The notes: a model not told the origin generated them from the letters alone. A stretch of DNA of 64,000 bases from Entomortierella parvispora E1425 (GCA_020891255.1 BQFW01000012.1:1860001-1924000); one strand, 5' to 3'. Numbered from the stretch's first letter, positions 10,881-23,100 are shown. Numbers and translations: made by a program.

Positions 10881-11880
10881 TTAGAGATGCTCCTTCTCAA
10901 GATTCCAAGCACTGTTGGTAGAAAATCCTGCAGGCGCAGCCGCTTGATGCTTTGGTAAAGGGGAAATAAATATACAAGAAAAAATGAGTCGTTCATCTTA
11001 ACTTCGATGCATTCTCTATTGCGCCATATCATGTAAGCCACCTACCGATTGACCTCGCTGCGTTCCTGTAAGACGGTAATCGCGCTCCATCATTACTCTG
11101 TCCCAACGATCCATTCCGTATCTTGGGGGCTAGAGTATTATACAATTCAAACGCGGAGCTGGATTAGTGTGGCGCCAATAAACGACTGACTGGGTAACTG
11201 ATCCATGGATGGCACAAAAAAACAGCTACGGTTTCGAACTGTCATTCTACACATCTGTTGCAGTCGCTTTTAGGCTCCACAGGTGCCCTCAATTCAGTGG
11301 AACGAGTTTGATAGCATTGTGGTGGGCCGTGTTTCCATGAAGCTCAAGTCGTGTTTCCATGAAGCTCAAGTCGTGTTTCCATGAAGCTCAAGTCGTGTTC
11401 CTTTCCAAACATCCAGGCGCTGGCGGATCAATAGTATCCTGTCAAGGGCTTTTCATTGTGATTGTTTCCGTGGATAGGTCAAGAGAAAATGGTGGCGTCT
11501 TCAGCTACTCGAGGAAACTCCTGGACCAATTTAAGCACATGAGGATGGGGATCGGCGTACCTGTCCCTCGTTAATGCTAGTCTTCAACTTGTTGAACAAA
11601 ATACCAGAGACTCCGAAGAATCCTGTAATCAATCTACAGGTTATCCAAGACGACAATTATGTTAGTTCCGAGAATGGTAACAGAGAGAAAAGAAAGGGGG
11701 TCTAATGCAAATCAAAAGGTGACAACGGACGAATGCGATCCATCTCGTGTTCATCTTTTGATCCCGGAACGGTGGATGGTGTGTAATGATTTCAATGTCT
11801 TCGTCTTCAGTGAAATGCGCGGTGGTAATACAGTTGTGCACGTACCCCAGGGGAATCAAGGCCTCGAAGGGGACGGGCAT
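10881..11880 (-). CDS. NDUFA1: NADH:ubiquinone oxidoreductase MWFE subunit (NDUFA1), 86 aa; exons 11880-11846, 11633-11561, 11129-11046, 10949-10881
   Basis: Hand-spliced via GT-AG introns: MPVPFEALIPLGLITGFFGVSGILFNKLKTSINEGQPPRYGMDRWDRVMMERDYRLTGTQRGQSHQAAAPAGFSTNSAWNLEKEHL*, matching the fungal MWFE pattern MPVPFEAL..., D.WD..MMERD.RLTG..RGQ, AP.GF.....W..EK. Confidence 0.93.
11329..11399. repeat. 22-bp minisatellite, 3 perfect copies plus 5 bp (GTGTTTCCATGAAGCTCAAGTC), inside NDUFA1 intron 2
   Basis: Units at 11329-11350, 11351-11372 and 11373-11394, then GTGTT. Confidence 0.95.
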
Positions 11881-12012
11881 GGTGAAATGATGGGGAGAGG
11901 AGAGAGGGGAGGTGGTGATGGTGCGAAATGGCAGATGAGAAACGGTTCCCTGTTTGTCTGTCCGTTCGGACATTCGGACATTCCGACAGGAAAGAGATGC
12001 GCCTACTCCATC

Positions 12013-12035
12013 CACGTGACATCATTACGTCACCG
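12013..12035 (-). promoter_or_regulatory. Candidate E-box (CACGTG) plus CRE-type element CGGTGACGTAAT about 145 bp upstream of the NDUFA1 ATG
   Basis: ccacgtgacatcattacgtcaccg; TGACGTAA is an ATF/CREB-type site, and the same 12-mer occurs upstream of COX6A. Confidence 0.5.
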
Positions 12036-14458
12036 TACTTTTGTCTGTGTGTGCTATGCACGGACCATGCCTTTTTGGATTGGACCGTGATCCTCATATC
12101 CAACAGGTCTTCATCGATACAACGGTCGCAAGATGCAAGCCCTCGCTGTGGGGCTCAGTCTGGAGTCCAGATGGCCACTCAACTTCAGGGCCAGAGTTGC
12201 ATCACTCGTTGTAATGGAAATACCATGGATTTTTTTGTCTTCGAGCAGAGTGTGAGGGCATTAAACGTGCGGAAGTTCGCTAAAGCCAACAGGGCCCTTG
12301 GATGATGATAACGTCAATGACAAAGGTCGCGTGCTATTCTCATCGTAGTCAAGCACGCTGCATGCATCCCCGTGACCCCCTGCCTTGAAAACTCGGCCTG
12401 GTAGAGAACTTCTGCTCGATGACATTTTTTTTTTGCCCAGGTCCCAAAGAAGACATGACGACAGAGTCACGGCCTCACACGTTAAGACCGTTCCTTCCCC
12501 CTTCTCTGACTGGAGCAATTGCCCACAGGCCAACACAAAAACCGTCATCGGTTCAATTCAATGGGCAATAGACTAGTCGATAATTGTAAGGATCTGACAG
12601 TTGCCCGATCTCATTTCAAAACGGGTCATAGTTGTCATTAAGCAATAGCTAGGCCATGTCTATTTGAGAAGAGACATTCCCTCTTTGTTTATTCATGCAG
12701 AATCATTGAGCTGGCCTCTTCCAACCATCCAACCGCCGTTCTCTGAAGGCCCATTTGTGGTGACATCTTGCTTCCAGTTATTCCTGGAACCCAGGACACC
12801 CCTACATCATCTGTCTCATGGTTTTCTTTTTTTTTTCTTTTTCCCGTAAGGGTCTGTTTGTTGCCTTTCTACATCATACTAGCATTCCAATATTACGAAA
12901 TAGAGAAAAGAGAAGATGCCCTTCAGACCAACGAGATTAGAGTGTGCAATAAGAGAATAGAGTCGGTATCGTTGCAACCACAGAAGTAACTAAACAAATC
13001 GTCAACACATCTTGTCGATTGGTGCTTTAGTTTTCCATGTTGGAGGACAATATGTCTAATGACGTCCAGCTTTCTCCTCCTCTTCTCCTCCTCTACCTTA
13101 AAGCTCATCTGGAAAGCGGCACACATTTTCTTGTCTTTGCGCGAGTCCACCGGCAGCTTTCGGTATCTCTGCCTGAGCTGAGCACATGCGAGCATAGGAG
13201 GGGCACAGGGCCATTCCTGGGAACAATAAATAAGCAACAAGTGAAAAGAAAAAAGGAGAGTAGTAGAAAACCGTCCAGAGCGATCGACAGACAAACAAGA
13301 TCGGCGATCTGTAATTGCGGGAGCGGCGGGTGTGACGCAGCTTTCAATTGAATAGCAAATGAATATGTGCAACCTGGACTGACCTGTTTTTCCGTCTTGC
13401 CAACAAATCAGAGCGCCAGCTGTGAGGAAATCCCATTTCTCGGGTTCCGTAATGGCGGCAATAATAAGGTCTACCTTCAACGGTCCAAAGGCTTCTTGAT
13501 TCATGCATGTTTTGTAGCAATAACTTGTCCGCCCTTCTTGGCACTCTTAATAACTTGTGTATCCGCGACACCTAAGGTCATAGCCAGATTAAGGTCGTAA
13601 TCCCCTCTCTCAGCCATCATTGCCGAAGGCCAAGGCACACGCTATTTTGGAAAAAGACCCTTTTGGGTGCAGAAGATAGCCTTGCTCTGGGCCCCTGACC
13701 ATGAGGCTTGAAGGCCGAAAGACGCTACGACACACGACACTTCTCGCCGAGGGTGTTCCAGATGTGGGGCCAGATCACACCCTCATAAAAACAATGGCCC
13801 GAGACTTGAGACTGCACCTTCCAATGAGACATCAGGGATCGGGCAAAAGACAGACGGCCATCAAGTTGCTCCCGAGGACGAAGAACGAGGCCGAAGAAGA
13901 AAGAGTAAGTGGAAGAAAGAGAAAGTGGACCCTTTCCGCACGGGTGTGAGCAAGACGCAGACGCCGAACAGACCAAAAGAAGGGCGCAACTGTCTTCAAG
14001 CTTGCAGCGAAAGAACAAACAAATGGCGGGCAGCAGGTGGATCCGTGGATGTCTATTTGACGGTGCCCCGATTCCTCGATTCAATAGCATCACCAGTCTA
14101 CGACCCTTTCTCACACCCCCCCACTCCATCATTGGCCATCAGTGCACCTGCGCTGTATAAATAAGACACGACTCCCCCAGTGCGATTTTGTCCTTCCTTT
14201 TGCGACTCTCCTTCTCCCCTCTCCTTCTCGTTACGTTCTCACAAGCGCATCTTTTCTCACTTTACTCGTGCCCTGTCCTGTCTCTTGTCTCTTCATATCG
14301 TGCTTCCTTGGCTCAACATCCACGCAGCTGCAACGTCCCCTCAACTTCGTATTTGCCCATAACTCTTTGTCCTTCATTCGATTTCGCTTCCCGACTCGCT
14401 CCATCCAACATCCGAGTCACAGTCTCTCAGCCCACAGAACGCTTTCTCCACCGTAGAA

Positions 14459-16186
14459 ATGTCTTTGGAAGCCGACATCCGTAGTGGTAAGTTGAAAGAG
14501 ATCAGGGACCCGACTCGTCCTTGCAGTCCATGACCAAAAAAGAAAAAGAAAATAAAATGAACACAGACACACAGACGCACAGTGCATCCAACAACTTTCT
14601 CCGTCCCCATCCTCGCTCCTTTCCTCGGCGTGCTGTGTGATCTCATTGCCATGCTTGTCGAGAAGTTATTACGCGATATCCTCGAATGCCGCTGATTTGC
14701 ACATACTCACCAGGCCCCAACTCTTTACCCTTCTTTCCTCTTCCCCCTGTCTTCCTTCTATTCACTTTTTTTTTTTTTCTTCTCACCTGCGCCTCCCCCT
14801 CTCTCCTTCACCCCAATGAAACGACGCGCTTCTCTATTCCTTTGCACCCCACCTTGCTGTCCCAAAGACACAAACCTCACCCCTACTCGTTTCTTGCTTG
14901 AATGTGGAGAGCTTACACCATCGATGAGCCTCACATTTGACCAACCCTTCAACCCCTTTGAGGCCAGCTACAAATTTCTCAACCCTGGTACCCCAAAGAC
15001 CGAATCTGATTTTTTCTCAGACTACAAGGCGCGTCCAGACTCAATAATGGAACTTGCCGACTCTCACTCACCGTCGTCGCAGCAGCAGAATCTTGCTTCT
15101 GAACTCCATCACCTCTGGTCAGACATGGTATCGGACGAGGCCTGCATGCCTTTGCGCCAGATGTCGAGTGAAATGTCTTCCTCCTCTTCTCTGTCCACCT
15201 ATCCCGCCTCTTCCTCTTCCTACTCTTCCTCTTCGTCCACTCCTCCTCTCTCCTCTTCTTCTGCACGATCGAGCATATCGGAACACTCTCGGTCTAGGAT
15301 GCAGTCCATGACTTCGGACTACATGTCTCCGATCTCATACTCTACATCCTATCCCCATACTCACGAATTCACTCTTGACACATTTGCTGCCTCTGCCACA
15401 AAGTATTACAGTGATCAAGAACTTCCATCCCTTGCCCCAGACTCTCCAACTCCAGATTCACTCGTCCCTAGTGACACATTCCAACCTGGCTTTGATATGA
15501 CAAAGTACAACCAGACCGCCCTGTACGACCGATCGGCCGTTGGCGACAAGTACGATCAAGAGATGAGCGACCAACACGACAGTGGTATGGACGTGGACTC
15601 GAACGAGTCCCAAGACGAAGACGACATGTCTTCTAAGGGACGGTCAGAGTCGCGTGACCCCATTCCTAGAGAGACGGCTCCCACTACGCGCTCTACCCGT
15701 TCTGGAGCTGCTGCCGCCAAAAAGTCCAAGACCCAGAAAGCTTCGAAGCCCTCAAGAACCAAAAAGTCCTCCAGTAAGACTGAAAAGTCATCCAGAGGAC
15801 AGAGCTCCAGAGCTGCAGCCGGTCGAAGTTCGTCTTCCTCGTCCAAATCGACGACCAAAAGCCCGAGGCTAAACCGCAAGCACAGCTCTCCTGATGAAGA
15901 AGAGTCACAGGAAGTGAAGCGTCAAAGGTTTTTGGAGCGGAATCGCATGGCAGCATCGAAATGTCGCGAGAAGAAGCGTCAGCAGACTCTCAAGACGATT
16001 TCGGATGCCGACGAGATCACGGCACGTAACCATGCCCTTCACAAGTCCCTGGATGAACTCCAGGAGGAGGTACGATCGCTCAAAAACCAGATCCTTTGTC
16101 ATCGCGACTGTGGATGTGATGTGATCCAGAAGTTCGTGCAGACAACCATGGGCGGTGGCTCGACCAAGTTCCCGCGCCAGCGTTAA
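14459..16186 (+). CDS. ATF/CREB-family bZIP transcription factor (ATF2-like); exons 14459-14486 and 14868-16186
   Basis: Basic region and zipper KRQRFLERNRMAASKCREKKRQ...L..L..L...HRDC. An upstream micro-exon MSLEADIRS joins in phase 1 through GTAAGT(14487)..AAAG(14867), giving DTNLTPTRFLLECGE...NPFEASY. Confidence 0.88.
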
Positions 16187-17532
16187 ATCCTGCCCCCCTG
16201 CCGTCTTTTCATTTCTTGTTATCCTTCTTTCACTCCCATTGCCTGCAACACGATACGCACAGTTGAAACTATTCGCTCGGCAATATCAGGCGTGTCCGTT
16301 GCTAAAATTCCTCGCCCATGTACATTTCACAACCTGCCTTCTTTACTTTTTCCATACCAGATTGCTTTCTCTTGTTCCCAATCCCCTTGTAGATAACGTC
16401 CGCGTTGCCCCAGCGCAAAGCTCTTGTACCATTTCTCCTTTTGCCAACTGTTTATCCCTCCAATGTGCTCCTAGTGCTCTAAGCCTTGAACGTCGACTGT
16501 AATAAAGCATCCTTTTTTACTGCAGCTCCTCAAGTAGGGCTTGAAAGATCAAATAACAAAGGCGGTGGAATTTGCAAAAGAGGGGCTCAAGCCAGATTTT
16601 CTTTGACCCGATCGCCACGGCGAATCGCGCTTTTCAAGGAGACAGAAAAAGAGGCAGAGATCAAGGAGGGCAAACACCCCACTGGCATGACATGGATCAT
16701 CTGTTAGTTCGCTGGGGCTCGGGCAAACGATGAAACTTAAAGTGGCAAGGTCGGGAGTCTCCTGTCAAATGTCCGTTGGGGAAGAGAAAAAAAGAACGCG
16801 CGGTTGTACGTATTTTTTGCATGACATGGGCGGGCGTGCCTCTTTTTTTTATTGTTCTATGTTTCCCGCTTGTAGAGAGAGACAGTGCATACGGCCATTG
16901 AAACTGGGCTTGGGTGGTAATGAAGGAATGTCGGATGGACGAATACCCTCAAATAAGCGGAATGTACCTGTGTCCCTGTGAAAAGAACGGTGTGAAACTG
17001 GCGCCAGACAGCCTGGGGCAGAATCCGGTTCAATTTTTTGTTTGCTCCAATGTGCTGTTGGACTCGTGCTGTTTGTTTGTTGCAGGCGATGGAAGGGGGT
17101 CCGAGGGAGAGGAGGCGATTATTAATGAGCAAGGGAGATGAAAGCCCAGGCCGGTGGAACGGCTCCTTCCTGCCCAAGGAAAGGAGGAACGAGGGGACAG
17201 GAGGGAGGATAAGCTGGGCAGGGAAGAACATAGGAATCATCCGTCTGCTGGCTCTGTGTCCAGACGGGAAAGAACAGACGGACCGATGAACAGAGATAGG
17301 CAGCCTCGCTCTTGTGTTCCCCCTCCCCCCAGGCGAGGATATGGCCACATGCAGAGTTGGACACAGAACCATAAAAGAAAGTTGGTGCCTCTTTTTTTCC
17401 TTCTTCTTTTCCTTCCACAACCAAGCCAACTCTCGAACTTGCTCGCTCACTCACTCACTCGCCTCTTTCTCTCGGCGACTTTCTCGCTCCCACCCCATTC
17501 GCATTCACCTTCACCCGACACTCACATTCGCC

Positions 17533-19009
17533 ATGACTGCAGTCGAGCAGACAACGGTAAGGATTCAGGACATCCTTTCCTCAGGACACTGGGCACCAAA
17601 ACCGGACCTTGCCTCTTCCCCACACATGTACTTACAACAAAAACTGTCCCTCGTGTTTCCACGCGTTCTGCCGGATTTTTTCTTTTTTTTAAAAAAAAAG
17701 TGAAAGCTGTTAATGGTCGATGCTTACTCTGAAAACGTCTACCCTTTCTCTTGGGAAATATTCAGGTTATGACCATGCTCAACGGAGAGAACATCTTAAG
17801 CCCAAGTGATCACGACGACGATATCATAAACCACTCGATCTTTGATCAACTACTGGGCATGGACGATGGGGACGACCACGAGTTCTCACGCGCTTTGGTC
17901 TGGGACTTCTTTGAACAAGCAGAAGGAGCTCTTGTGGAAATGGACCAAGCTATGTAAGCCCCAAGTTTTTTTTTCTTCTTTTCTTTCAATTGATTGGAGG
18001 ATTTGGTTAGGAGGTTTCCACTCAAAAGGGGTTGGGGGAGAAGGAAAAAAAAACAGCAAAGGAACACCAAAAGAAACAAGGGTGCATTGGACCTTTAACA
18101 CAAAAGAAAGACGCCCAAATGGTCGACGGAACAGTGAGGACGGGCCTCGCTTACTGCATAAACTTTTTTTCTTTGTTTGAGAGTGTGTGGATAAGGCGAC
18201 GGACATGTTTTAGGGCTGCATATGGTGTTTATGGTGTGGTTTGTGCCATGGTGTGTCTTTGCCCAAATGCCCTTCTTTTCCCAACCTGACTCCTGCCTCG
18301 AATTCATTTATGCAATGCTTGCCTTTTTTTCCCAACCTTGAATCCAATCGATGCATACCCGTTCTCCCGACCCCTCCCCGAGGAGACCTGTGGACGGGAA
18401 AGGACAATGAAGAATTCAAAGAAGAGAACGAGCCAACATGGTGCAACCATGTCAACAATTCTTGTGTACCCGACAGTGTCCCTGTGTCGTTTCCTTTTGG
18501 CGTCGGTTAACAGTCAGACGTTGTTGAGCACTGTTCTCCTCTTTCTGCAATTGCGAAGGGCGCTGATCTTGCCTGGCAAAAGGATTTATATCTCCCTGTG
18601 TCTCCCCTGGGCAGATGCAAAGGACGTGCATGGCCCGGGGTTGGTCATTTTACCGTTGACTGTTCTCCTGGAAGCTTCTCCTTGCTTACGGTACACTCTA
18701 TCCCATCCATCCAAATTTGGCTTCATTTCTTTCTCTAGGACGGCATTAGATTTCACTGAATTATCACGGCTGGGTCATTTCTTGAAGGGATCATCAGCAG
18801 CATTGGGCCTCACAAAGGTCAAACTCTCTTGCGAAAGATTGCAACACTACGGGAATCTGACGGATGAAACAGGAAAGAACTCGATAACGGAAGAAGAGGC
18901 CAAGACCCTGAGCCTGGCGCTTTTGGTCCAAATGCGGAGTGAATACAAGGAAGCAGAAGTTTATCTCAGGGAGTTTTATGAGAGTCAAGAAGATACAGAG
19001 AGTCAGTGA
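17533..19009 (+). CDS. YPD1: Histidine phosphotransfer (HPt) protein Ypd1; 3 exons with a long second intron (about 17954-18738)
   Basis: IFDQLLGMDDGDDHEFSRALVWDFFEQAE and H-box LSRLGHFLKGSSAALGLTKVKLSCERLQHYG. Confidence 0.93.
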
Positions 19010-19224
19010 AAAAAAAAAAAAAAAAAAAAAAAAAGTCTCTTGTTCCCCTCCCTTTTTGTGCGCCAGCTGGATTGTCCCATATTATCATAAAAAAGCCTTA
19101 ATAAAAAATCATAAAAATTAAACCCCATTTTTTGTCGCCGCCAATTTTCCCGAACCCTGTGATTCTTGGAAATCAATATTTCATTTGTTCAGGACTCCCA
19201 TTTCAACAAGACTCAACGCAAACA

Positions 19225-20480
19225 ATGTTCGGATTCGTTCGTCGCTCGCTCAATGCCATCGGCCAGGAGACAATCAAAGGTCAGTTCACATTGGGATTCA
19301 GAAACGGAGACAGAGAGTTCTTTCATGTCGCCACAATGGCAGAGAGTGAAAGCTACATTTCAAAAAAAAGAAAAAATAAGAAGAAAAAAAAACTCGTGGA
19401 GGAAGTGGATACGTGAACAGGATCAGAGAATGGTCGCAGATACCTTGAAACTCTGCACTATCCTTTTTTTGCTTGTTGACTCCAAGAGATCGGAGCGGAT
19501 CATGATTGTCGATGGTTTATTAACAGCAGCTGTTTCGACCCTTCAAATACATAGTGGCCCAGATGGATCATTCTCCTTGGAAAAGATCCATGACTCTGGC
19601 TCAGCTGAAATCACAGGAAGACTTGAAGGGATGGATCGTCGGATGTGACAAGGATATCGGAGGATTCTCTGATGCAAAGCTTGAAATTACAAAGAATGGC
19701 ACTGGTAAGAGAAAGATCGGCCAAAAAATTGGCAAGAGATTGAATGAAATTGGCAGTGATGGGGCAGATCATTGACCGTGAATATCTTCGATAACTCTTG
19801 CTCTCTACAGGTCGATTCTCTGGACATCTTTCTTTGGATTTGCCAGATAACGAGACGGTCGAGAAAAGTGGATATGCGGGATTCAGAACGAAGGTAAAAA
19901 AAGGGTCGAGGAGAAGGAATCTTTTGACTGAATCGCTCGAAGTGAATCCTGGGTTGATATTAATTCCAACGTTTTCGTATCTATTTTAAACTTGTGTATG
20001 AAAGACGAGACCAAGCTCGATCTTCGGAACACCAGTGTGGGATACATGCCTATATGAGTACCTCTCACTGCGGGTCAAGGGCGACGATCGCAAGTACTTT
20101 GTGAACCTTCAGACAGATGGCTTTGTGCCAACAGATCTCTATCAGCATCGCCTGTTTTTGAAGACTCCTGGCGAGTGGGAGACGGTATTGGTAAAGAGTG
20201 ACGACATTGCCCTTGCAAATCATTCGCCTATATCACATTTGCTTTTGATGTTCTGGCCTAGATCTGACATTGTCTTTTCTAGATCCCATTCAAAGATTTC
20301 ATTCTTACAAACCAAGGATTTATTCAGGAAGAGCAAGTGGAGATCTTCAGAGAGCGCGTGAAGAATGTGGGCGTGTCCATTATTGACAGAGTATCAGGAC
20401 CTTTTGAGCTTGAGATTGAAGAAATTTGCGCTGTCAACACAGGACCAGACCCTAATGCCAGGCCAGAAGACGACGATTGA
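19225..20480 (+). CDS. CIA30: Complex I intermediate-associated protein 30 (CIA30/NDUFAF1), multi-exon
   Basis: WIVGCDKDIGGFS, SGYAGFRTK, LRVKGDDRKYFVNLQTD..VPTDLYQHRLF, IPFKDFILTNQG, VGVSIIDRVSGPFELEI. Confidence 0.9.
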
Positions 20481-20767
20481 AGGGACCCTATAGTCTTGAT
20501 CAAGTAATAAAGCCAAGTCCATGTTCTCTCCAGGGTGGGCAAAAAAAAAATGATCAAATTGCGGGATAAAGAATTTATTGTACAAGAATAGCGATCTCTG
20601 GTCAATGTCATGGGAATGGAGGCTTTGGCTTTGCTGGTAGCAGTGCAGTGAAGAAACAAAAAAGAGGAGTATAAATGAGAAGGATACGCCGTAATGCAAG
20701 TGAGTGGATGTAGGTGAGTGGGTAATAGAAAAGAAACGGAAAACAAAAACAATCTAGAGGGAATGAT

Positions 20768-23100
20768 CTACTGGCGACGCTTCTTGCCCTGATCTCTGAG
20801 TCTCGTGGCCATCTTGTGGGGATCCTCAGGCTTGACCTTGTTGCGGTTCTTGTTCTTGACGTTAGCAGTCTCATAGTAATGAGTACCGACCTTGCCCTTG
20901 TTGGTGGTCATACGAGCCTCCTTCACGGGCTTGGCGGGCTCCTCAGCCTGGTCTTGCTCAACAGTCTCCTCAGCCTCCTCGACATGCTTGCGCTTAGTCG
21001 TCCTCTTTTCAGTCTTCTTGACCTCCTTGACCTCGAATTCGGTCGCACGCTTGGCGGCGGCGGCACGCTTCTTGATCCTCTGCTTGCGCTCAGTCTCCTC
21101 GTCCGAGAGCTCCAATTCACTGTCAACATCCTCATCAGCGTCCTTGGCAGGCTCCTGTCCAGGGATAGAGTCAACAGTCTCACCAACAACGTTGGCAAAG
21201 ACATCATCCCAATCCAACTTCTCTCCTGACAAGGCGTTGCTGGACTTGGACTGTGCCGCCTTAGCCTCCTTCTTGGCCTTCTTCTCTTGGCGAAGCTGAG
21301 CCTTGCTCTTGCGGACCTTGACAGCAGAAGAGTCGTTGTTCTCGTCCTCATCGTCAGTCTTGTTGATGTCATCCTCATCAATCTCCTCGGGCAAAACACC
21401 CTCGGGAAGATTGCTCTCGCGCATGTTCTTCTCCTCCTCCAACAAGGCGGCGTTCTTCTCCAAATCCTCGGCCATGAACTTCTGCATAACGGGAATCTTG
21501 GAGAAGATCTGCTCGACCTGGGGCAAAGAGGGATCAATGCTGTTGTGAGCAGGGGCCTCCTCGATGGCCTCACCTCCAACTCTCTCGCCCTCAGGAGGAG
21601 CGGTGTAGTATGGGATCTTGCCACGGAGCCAGTCGTTCAAAACCATCTTGGCTACACTGCCGAGATCAGCCTCTCCTCCCTTGATCAACTTTCCGGTACG
21701 CTTGGCAAGTTGAGTCAAGAAGTCGACAGAGTCCTCCCAGTGATCGAGCTCGTAGGTACGCTGGATGTATTCGGGGCGAACACGCTTAAGCAATTCGGGG
21801 ATATAATCGTCAGGCTGCTTAATGTTCTCCACACGAACAACTCCCTTGAGAACAATGTCCGTCTCGGTATCCGTAGTCGAAGGATGAACGACACCAGGGC
21901 AATCGATCAAGTAGATACGCTTCATGAGGGTGATGTACTGCCAGACCTTGGTCTCACCAGGGATGGGGGCGACGTTGCAGACCTTCTTTCCACGAAGAGT
22001 GTTGATGATGCTGGACTTTCCAGTGTTGGGGTAACCGATGAAACCGACAGAGATTTGCTTCTTGTCCGAATGAAGGGTCGAGAATTGACGAAGGAGCTGA
22101 ATAAGCGAGCCTTTACCGAAAGAGTTGTTGATGGAGGCGTGGAAGGCAAGGGTGGGGTATTCCTTGGAAAGAGTCTTGACCCACTTGGCAGTGACCCAGG
22201 TAGGGACGAGATCACACTTGTTCAAGACAAAGATCAACTGCTTGTGGCGAGCCTCCTTCTTGATGTGGTATTCAACGTTTGAGCAACGGGTGCCCATGGG
22301 GTCACGAGCATCCAAGACGTGAATAACAACATCCGAGGAATCAATAACCTTGTACAACTCTCCCCAAATACGCTTGGATTGACCCTTCTGGAAGACACTG
22401 TCTCTAGCCTCCTCAATCCAGTCCGTGATGTTGTTGGAAATCAAGTTCTTATCGGCCTTCTCATCGTAGGTCTCCAGTGTCGACTCGACCTTGGCAGCCA
22501 AATCCTCCAAGCTGCTCATAGCCAACTTTGGGCGCTTGCGCTGAGCCTTGTTTCCGAAGGTATCGCCAAAAGGCTCAGTCTCCAACACATGCATTTTACC
22601 GACCTAGTTCCAAGAGAAAAATAGCGTTAATGATCATGTTCCTGGGGGGAGATTGGTCGAGTTTGTCAAGTACGGAGAGTGGACATCCTTGATGAAATAT
22701 CCAGTGAGGATAAAAGTTCTTTTCTTACATGAACGGGATCCTGAAGAAGGGACATGGGCAACTTGTGCTGCTTCAAAAGAACCTGGAAGGGATCGTTGAC
22801 CTTGGCGGCCAAGTTCTCTCTGAAGTTCTCCAAGGCCTTCTGACCAATGACTCGGGTGTTTCCGAACCACTTGCGGTTGGGGGCAACACGACCGGGCTCG
22901 ACAGTTTTGCTCTGGAAAGAAGCGGCCTTGATGACCTTGCCCTGAGCGTTGCGGATGGCTCGGCCTCCCTTCAAGAGCTGGACCTGCTTAGCAGCCTTTG
23001 CGTCTCTGTAGAAGTTCTCTCCCTTGACCTTAACGTTGCCAAGTCCGTTGGAGCCGCCAGCAGCGGCGACTCTGTTGTGCTCCTTCTTTAATTGACCCAT
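20768..23100 (-). CDS. NOG2: Nucleolar GTP-binding protein 2 (circularly permuted GTPase), one intron about 22604-22728
   Basis: NGP1NT region ([25 protein letters not shown]), [43 protein letters not shown]. Confidence 0.96.

Noticed and set aside
11329-11399. Repeat array as a CRISPR
   Set aside because: Units are directly adjacent with no spacers, there are no cas genes, and the context is a eukaryotic intron.
13490-13620. In-frame TGA readthrough (selenocysteine) in MMAERGDYDL...KHA*
   Set aside because: More stops follow within a few codons, there is no redox motif, and I see no SECIS-like structure.
21287-22282. 331-aa plus-strand ORF
   Set aside because: Lies wholly antisense to NOG2; explained by biased codon usage removing antisense stops; no recognisable motifs.
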